Source: Candidatus Magasanikiibacteriota bacterium (GTDB lineage Bacteria; Patescibacteriota; Patescibacteriia; Magasanikbacterales; UBA922). From it: a DNA stretch of 64,000 nucleotides. The notes beneath the pieces were generated by a model. That model saw only the letters and a program-made list of their open reading frames with translations, did no database searches and was not told the DNA's origin. Of this stretch, positions 58,715-64,000 are shown piece after piece (position 1 is the stretch's first letter; every line of letters begins with the position of its first letter). The stretch is taken from the NCBI GenBank assembly GCA_003510435.1, contig DOMK01000018.1, forward strand, positions 14,121 to 78,120. The letters are read 5' to 3'. The translations under genes and the position numbers were made by a program.

Positions 58715-58886
58715 ATTTTGTTGTCAAAATTATTAGACACTTTTTACTGTTAATAATATTATAGCTTATTTTAGCTATTTTGTCAAATATAGCTGTTTAA
58801 AATGGTTGACGATAAAGCCAAATAACATTAAAATAACTAGTCAAACTATAGTGGTTTGATAACGATCTTTACAAGGAGAAACGAAA

Positions 58887-59237
58887 ATGATCTCAAACGC
58901 GGTTCATACAGATGACCTGAGCGGAGTCGACTGGACGCTTCTTCACCAGGTTCAATTTGGTTTTGACCCCTTTTTCCCCCATGGCGCTTCACTTTTTTTT
59001 GACTACCCAGGAGTACAATGCAACGGGCAATGGACAACCAACATAGTCATTGAAAAATATAGACTAGGTTGGACTGCTGGAATGCTCCAAGGGAAAGAAA
59101 AACCAGATTTCATTCAAGGACTAGAGAAGCTGTCTGGTAAAACTTCTTCAAGCAGAGGAGAACTTAAAAGGCTCAACATAGATCGTGCCTGGCGTGTTTG
59201 GACGTTTCATGTTTTCTACGAACCAGGAAGGGGATAG
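58887..59237 (+). CDS. hypothetical protein
   Basis: AAGGAG SD; GC-richer than flanks. Confidence 0.55.
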   Translation: MISNAVHTDDLSGVDWTLLHQVQFGFDPFFPHGASLFFDYPGVQCNGQWTTNIVIEKYRLGWTAGMLQGKEKPDFIQGLEKLSGKTSSSRGELKRLNIDRAWRVWTFHVFYEPGRG

Positions 59238-59238
59238 T

Positions 59239-59625
59239 ATGAAGAAGAACACTGTTCTCGATCCTGAACAGGTCAAAGCCGTCTTTATAGACTGTCTCTT
59301 TCAAGATGGCGAGGATACCACCGACCACATCGGAATCAAAGGCATCACCAAGGACGTCTGGTTTCACTCCAAACGTCTCCAAAGCCACAAGGCCGAGATC
59401 GAAGTGATGCTGGGAGAACTCCCTGACGAATTCAAAAAGTCCGGTGGTGGCTGGTCATTCCTCAAGGCGGACAAAGACAGACACGGCCACCAGTGGACCA
59501 TGCTCCACCAACGTGTAGAACAGCTCTTTATGCTCGGCATGGGAATTGGTAAGGTTCAGTACCAGATGCCGAAAGAAGTATGGCCAGCTCTGCCAGGTGG
59601 CATGCCATACTACATCATCAATTAG
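59239..59625 (+). CDS. conserved-looking hypothetical protein
   Basis: Purine-rich SD; motif-like 'GGGWSFL...D..G.QWT...LPGGMPYY'. Confidence 0.7.
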   Translation: MKKNTVLDPEQVKAVFIDCLFQDGEDTTDHIGIKGITKDVWFHSKRLQSHKAEIEVMLGELPDEFKKSGGGWSFLKADKDRHGHQWTMLHQRVEQLFMLGMGIGKVQYQMPKEVWPALPGGMPYYIIN

Positions 59626-59787
59626 TTTGTCTTTCCATCCTAAACGCTCTTTCATCGTGTGCCGGACACTTCAAACCGGCACTCCCTCAAAGTATTTTAC
59701 TTTATTGAATATTTTGAGAAAAACAAAATCCGCTGATCAGGCAGATTTTATTTTTTGTTATGTGTTACGTGATATGTGTCTCGTGTT

Positions 59788-62700
59788 TTATGAACACCCA
59801 AGCGACTCCCCACAATTCAAACACTTATAACACGCCCCATTCCTCACAGTCACATGCCCACAAGTAGGACAAGCCGGCGCATCCCCCATCATATTTTTCA
59901 AAGCTTCATCAGAGGCATTGAGTGGTTTATTTCCCAAACTTGGTAAAACTTCTTGTTTTTCTGCGAGCATAACTTCTTCACCATCTTCCATTTCTATTTT
60001 GGTCTCAACCTCTACTTTGGTTTCTAGTGTCATGGTTTCTTGGGCTGGACTATGTTCGGCTAGTTTGGCCAAATTTTCAAATTTATTTTTTTGAATTCCT
60101 TTTGGTGGCACTTGGACAAAATCTGTTCTACCCAGATATTCCATACCCAACACACGGAAAACAAAATCAATAATAGAATTGCAAGACTTGATATTGGGAT
60201 GATCAGTAAATCCGGCCGGAGCAAAATTGGTAAACAAGAAATTTTCTACATATTTTTCTAATGGCACACCGTATTGCAAACCCATAGAGACTGATATCGC
60301 AAACATGTTGAGAAGGGATCTAACTGTTGCACCCTCCTTATACATATCAATAAAAATCTCAGCTACTTTTCCATCTGGATATTCTCCAGTACGGAGCCAA
60401 ATTTGTTGATTACCAACTTTGGCCGCTACTGTAATACCACTCCGTTTGGCTGGAAGTCTTCTTTTTTCACCATGCAGATAAACCCGGCGTTCAGCCACCT
60501 GACCATCACGAGTATATGATTCCATTGGCGTATGAATACCAACATGATTAGAAAGAATTTCACTCGCTTGTCTTACCGCATCTTCTACATTATCAGTGTT
60601 AATCATTTTTGAGACTTGCAATACTTCTTCTTCTGTAATGACTGGCTTTCTCTCTTCAGCCATTACTTTCACCTCAATCTCCGTGTCCTCCTTACTTTCC
60701 GTGTCCTCCGTGTTTTTCTTATCACCTTTATTTTTGGAACTGGTTGAAAGTGGTTGACTTAGTTTGGATCCATCACGATATAGAGCCACCGCTTTTAGAC
60801 CAAGACGCCAGGATTCTTCATAAGCAAATTTTACATCTTCCAATGTGGCATCATTGGGCATGTTGATAGTTTTGGAAATTGCCCCTGATAAAAATGGCTG
60901 TACCGCCGACATCATTCTTACATGACCCATATAATGGATATATCGTTTACCTTTCTTGCCATTTTTATTGGCCGTATCAAACACGGGATAATCTTCTATT
61001 TTCAAATGTGGCGCGCCTTCAATTGTCATGGTACCGCACACATATTGGTTAGCCTCTTCAATTTCACTTTCAGAAAAACCAAGGGCAATAAGCATACTAA
61101 AATTTGGATCATTGTATTGACTTGGGGCAAATCCAACTCGCTTCATACAATCTTCACCGAGTGTCCAAACATTAAAAGCAAATTTAATTTCAAATGCACC
61201 TTTGAGAGCTTTGTTAACCGCTTCAATATCTTCATCATTAAAACCTTTGGCCTTTAAACTAGCTTCGTTAACATGGGGAGCATTTTTAATATCAGCTGTT
61301 CCACGCATGTAGTTAATAACATCAATTACTTCTTGTTCATTATATTTTAGATTTTTTAAAGCCAAAGGTACGGCTTCATTGGCAATGCGGAAATATCCCC
61401 CACCAGCCAATTTTTTAAATTTCACCAAAGCAAAATCTGGTTCTACACCAGTTGTGGCACAGTCCATAAGCAAACCAATTGTACCAGTTGGTGCCAGCAA
61501 TGTAGTTTGGGCATTTCTATAACCATATTTTTCTCCCATAGCCAAAGCCTCATTCCAACTTTCCCTGGCTGCAGCGACTAAATAGGCGGGAGCAAATTCT
61601 GGATTAATGCCTTTTGGTTTAATTACCATTTTTTCATATTCACTTTCTTCAGCATTGAAAGCTGCTCGGCGATGATTACGAATTACGCGCAACATTTCAG
61701 ACCGATTAAATTCAAATTTTGGAAATGTTCCCAAGAGTCTAGCCAATTCTGCGCTAGTCTTATAACTCTCGGCTGTCATAAGAGCAGTCACTGAAGCCGT
61801 AAAAGCATAAGCATCTTCTGATTCATAAGGAATGCCACTCATCATTAATACTGAACCAACATTGGCATAACCCAAACCAAGAGTACGAAAATCATAACTA
61901 CCTTGGGCAATTTCTTTGCTTGGGAATTGAGCCATGAGAATACTAATTTCCAAAACTGTTGTCACTACTCTGGTCGCATGTCTAAAATCTTCTACTAAAA
62001 ATTCTTTGGTATCAGTATTAAAAAATTTTACAAGGTTGAATGATGCCAAATTGCAAGCTGTGTTATCAATAAACATGTATTCACTGCAAGGATTGGAAGC
62101 ATTAATACGACCAGACTCTGGACAAGTATGCCAGTCATTGATTGTCCCATCATACTGTACACCTGGATCAGCACACGCCCAAGCCGCAAAAGCAATTTGA
62201 TCCCACAGAGCTTGCGCTTTCAAAATCTTGCAAGTACTACCATCTACGCGCCAAGTCAAATTCCATGAACCATCATTTTTTACGGCTTCCATAAACTTAT
62301 GAGCCACGCGCACGGAATTATTAGAATTTTGTCCAGACACAGTACCATAGGCTTCACCTTCATAATCAGCGGAATAGCCAGCCGCAATCAAAGCGGCGAC
62401 TTTCTTTTCTTCATTCACTTTCCAATTTATAAATTGTTCAATATCTGGGTGATCAATATCCAATGTCACCATCTTGGCTGCGCGCCGAGTCGTACCACCG
62501 GACTTTATTGCCCCAGCGGCTCGGTCGCCAATTCTAAGCCAGCTCATGAGACCAGAAGATTTGCCACCACCAGACAATGGTTCACCGTTTCCCCGCAGTC
62601 CAGAAAAATTAGTCCCTGTCCCAGAACCATATTTAAATAATCTGGCTTCCCGTACCCAGAGATCCATAATACCACCTTCATTTACCAAGTCATCGGAAAC

Positions 62701-63348
62701 TGATTGGATAAAACAAGCATGTGGCTGAGGATGAGTATAAGCATCTTTTGATCTAGTCATCACCCCAGTATCTGGATCAACGTAATAATGACCTTGGGAA
62801 CTACTATTAATACCATAAGCCCAATTCAAACCTGTGTTGAACCATTGGGGTGAGTTTGGTGCCATCATTTGTTTTAGAAGCATGACCACGAGCTCATCAT
62901 AAAAAATCTCTGCATCTTCCTGGCTAGCAAAATAGCCATACTTTTCTCCCCAATAACGCCAAGTACCAGCCAGGCGATGCATGGTTTGTTTGACGCTGGT
63001 TTCGGGCCCAAGCACGGGCGACCCATCAGCGTTCAACTTTGACATACCATTGTTATCATATTGAGGTACGCCAGTTTTACGAAAATATTTTTGCGCAATA
63101 ATATCAGTCGCCACTTGTGACCAACCAGCCGGAATTTCAATATCCTTCATTTCAAACACGACTGTACCATCTGGTTCGCGAATTACTGATTGGCGTTTTT
63201 CATAAACTACACTATCAAACGGACTCTCATTGTCTTTACTAAAAACCCGCTTAAAACGCAAACCAAATTCAGGATTATATTTGAATGCCACATCAAGTTC
63301 TTGCCCAAAGTGGATACCTTGGATCAATTTGGAATCAGTTGGTCCCAT
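59788..63348 (-). CDS. nrdJ: adenosylcobalamin-dependent (class II) ribonucleotide reductase
   Basis: PNSPQWFN, HACFI, NPCSEY, APTGTI, SKTIN, C-terminal CxxC..CxxC-GCS. Confidence 0.96.
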   Translation of the reverse strand: MGPTDSKLIQGIHFGQELDVAFKYNPEFGLRFKRVFSKDNESPFDSVVYEKRQSVIREPDGTVVFEMKDIEIPAGWSQVATDIIAQKYFRKTGVPQYDNNGMSKLNADGSPVLGPETSVKQTMHRLAGTWRYWGEKYGYFASQEDAEIFYDELVVMLLKQMMAPNSPQWFNTGLNWAYGINSSSQGHYYVDPDTGVMTRSKDAYTHPQPHACFIQSVSDDLVNEGGIMDLWVREARLFKYGSGTGTNFSGLRGNGEPLSGGGKSSGLMSWLRIGDRAAGAIKSGGTTRRAAKMVTLDIDHPDIEQFINWKVNEEKKVAALIAAGYSADYEGEAYGTVSGQNSNNSVRVAHKFMEAVKNDGSWNLTWRVDGSTCKILKAQALWDQIAFAAWACADPGVQYDGTINDWHTCPESGRINASNPCSEYMFIDNTACNLASFNLVKFFNTDTKEFLVEDFRHATRVVTTVLEISILMAQFPSKEIAQGSYDFRTLGLGYANVGSVLMMSGIPYESEDAYAFTASVTALMTAESYKTSAELARLLGTFPKFEFNRSEMLRVIRNHRRAAFNAEESEYEKMVIKPKGINPEFAPAYLVAAARESWNEALAMGEKYGYRNAQTTLLAPTGTIGLLMDCATTGVEPDFALVKFKKLAGGGYFRIANEAVPLALKNLKYNEQEVIDVINYMRGTADIKNAPHVNEASLKAKGFNDEDIEAVNKALKGAFEIKFAFNVWTLGEDCMKRVGFAPSQYNDPNFSMLIALGFSESEIEEANQYVCGTMTIEGAPHLKIEDYPVFDTANKNGKKGKRYIHYMGHVRMMSAVQPFLSGAISKTINMPNDATLEDVKFAYEESWRLGLKAVALYRDGSKLSQPLSTSSKNKGDKKNTEDTESKEDTEIEVKVMAEERKPVITEEEVLQVSKMINTDNVEDAVRQASEILSNHVGIHTPMESYTRDGQVAERRVYLHGEKRRLPAKRSGITVAAKVGNQQIWLRTGEYPDGKVAEIFIDMYKEGATVRSLLNMFAISVSMGLQYGVPLEKYVENFLFTNFAPAGFTDHPNIKSCNSIIDFVFRVLGMEYLGRTDFVQVPPKGIQKNKFENLAKLAEHSPAQETMTLETKVEVETKIEMEDGEEVMLAEKQEVLPSLGNKPLNASDEALKNMMGDAPACPTCGHVTVRNGACYKCLNCGESLGCS

Positions 63349-63548
63349 AAATAAAGAGATTAGAAGTTAGTGGCTAGTAAGATAAATTACCAGTTATTAA
63401 TTTCCAATTTTTACAGATTAGCGAGCTACCATTTTATCACTATTTTCTCAAACCTGCAAAGGAATTTTATCCCCTTATAATCAACAGGTGATGGGGATAA
63501 AAAAACGCCCTAATTTACTTCAATGGCGCTTGTACCCCTAGCAATCAA

Positions 63549-63597
63549 ACTACTATATATAGTGTTTCAAATTAGTTTCAAACCACAATAGGTTGTG
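63549..63597. promoter_or_regulatory. tandem NrdR boxes
   Basis: TACTATATATAGTG (63551) and CACAATAGGTTGTG (63584), 33 bp apart, upstream of nrdJ. Confidence 0.85.
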
Positions 63598-63875
63598 TTT
63601 ATGACAAGCATTAACAATTATACCACATTAAAAATACCTCGCCAAATATGACTACAAAATTTAAATTTTGGCTAGACTTAGTTAAGAATTGAAATTGTAC
63701 TGGAGTAGTATGAGTTAGTTATCCACATGTCTCACATAATCACTAAAACACCTAAACACTTAAACACAAAAATATAACAAAAAAAACACCAATTTTAATC
63801 CACCCAAACCTATTGACAAAAGTGTCAAAATATGATAAAGTGCCTTAACTTTAATATTAAACTAATCAATAAGCT

Positions 63876-64000
63876 ATGAAAAACACTAATTTAAAAATCG
63901 TAATCTTATCTGGTCTCTCTGTTTTAATTATTGGCGCTACAGCTGTTAGTGCTGGTGGCTCAATAAAATGGACCAAAAATATTGTCTCCGTGACCAAGTG
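63876..64000 (+). CDS. secreted protein (3'-partial)
   Basis: MKNTNLKIVILSGLSVLIIGATAVSA signal peptide; TTGACA-N17-TAAAGT promoter at about 63813. Confidence 0.65.
   Translation, partial: MKNTNLKIVILSGLSVLIIGATAVSAGGSIKWTKNIVSVTK

Noticed and set aside
60480-60740. Possible intein in NrdJ
   Set aside because: No C/S...HN splice motifs or LAGLIDADG blocks; it is an acidic linker containing a 9-mer repeat.
2154-62728. Many 60-170-aa ORFs antisense to or overlapping long genes (e.g. 3168, 5365, 26695, 51939, 53323, 62299)
   Set aside because: Shadow ORFs of well-supported genes, with no motifs or independent start signals.

Overview
AT-rich bacterial chromosome segment. Its gene content (type IV pilus genes, Cys-rich membrane pilin-like protein, TrmB and PEP-mobile-domain orphans, mostly SD-less starts) suggests a Patescibacteria/CPR genome; this is inference, not a database result. 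Core genes: rpoB-rpoC, rpsF-ssb-rpsR, pilB-pilC...pilM-N-O, uvrA, rpsB-tsf, tRNA-Leu(TAA), and class II RNR nrdJ with NrdR boxes. It unexpectedly carries a complete his operon (hisG lacking the ACT domain, hisD, hisC, hisNB, hisH, a hisA-hisF fusion, hisIE) with a TrpR-family repressor, an operator and a His-His leader attenuator. The strongest novel candidate is a methionine module at 41.7-44.5 kb: a SAM-I riboswitch in tandem with an unannotated Met-rich leader peptide (MEFYCKLNMMMAMMMSFKRRPD) and a terminator/antiterminator switch, controlling a nucleotidyltransferase fused to a core cobalamin-independent-type methionine synthase. Other signals: (1) GC-rich palindromic micro-elements of 18-36 bp inside 7-9-bp tandem arrays, inserted in frame in proteins; (2) regulator-divergent accessory cassettes with hairpin+boxA-like leaders; (3) islets bounded by duplicated terminators.
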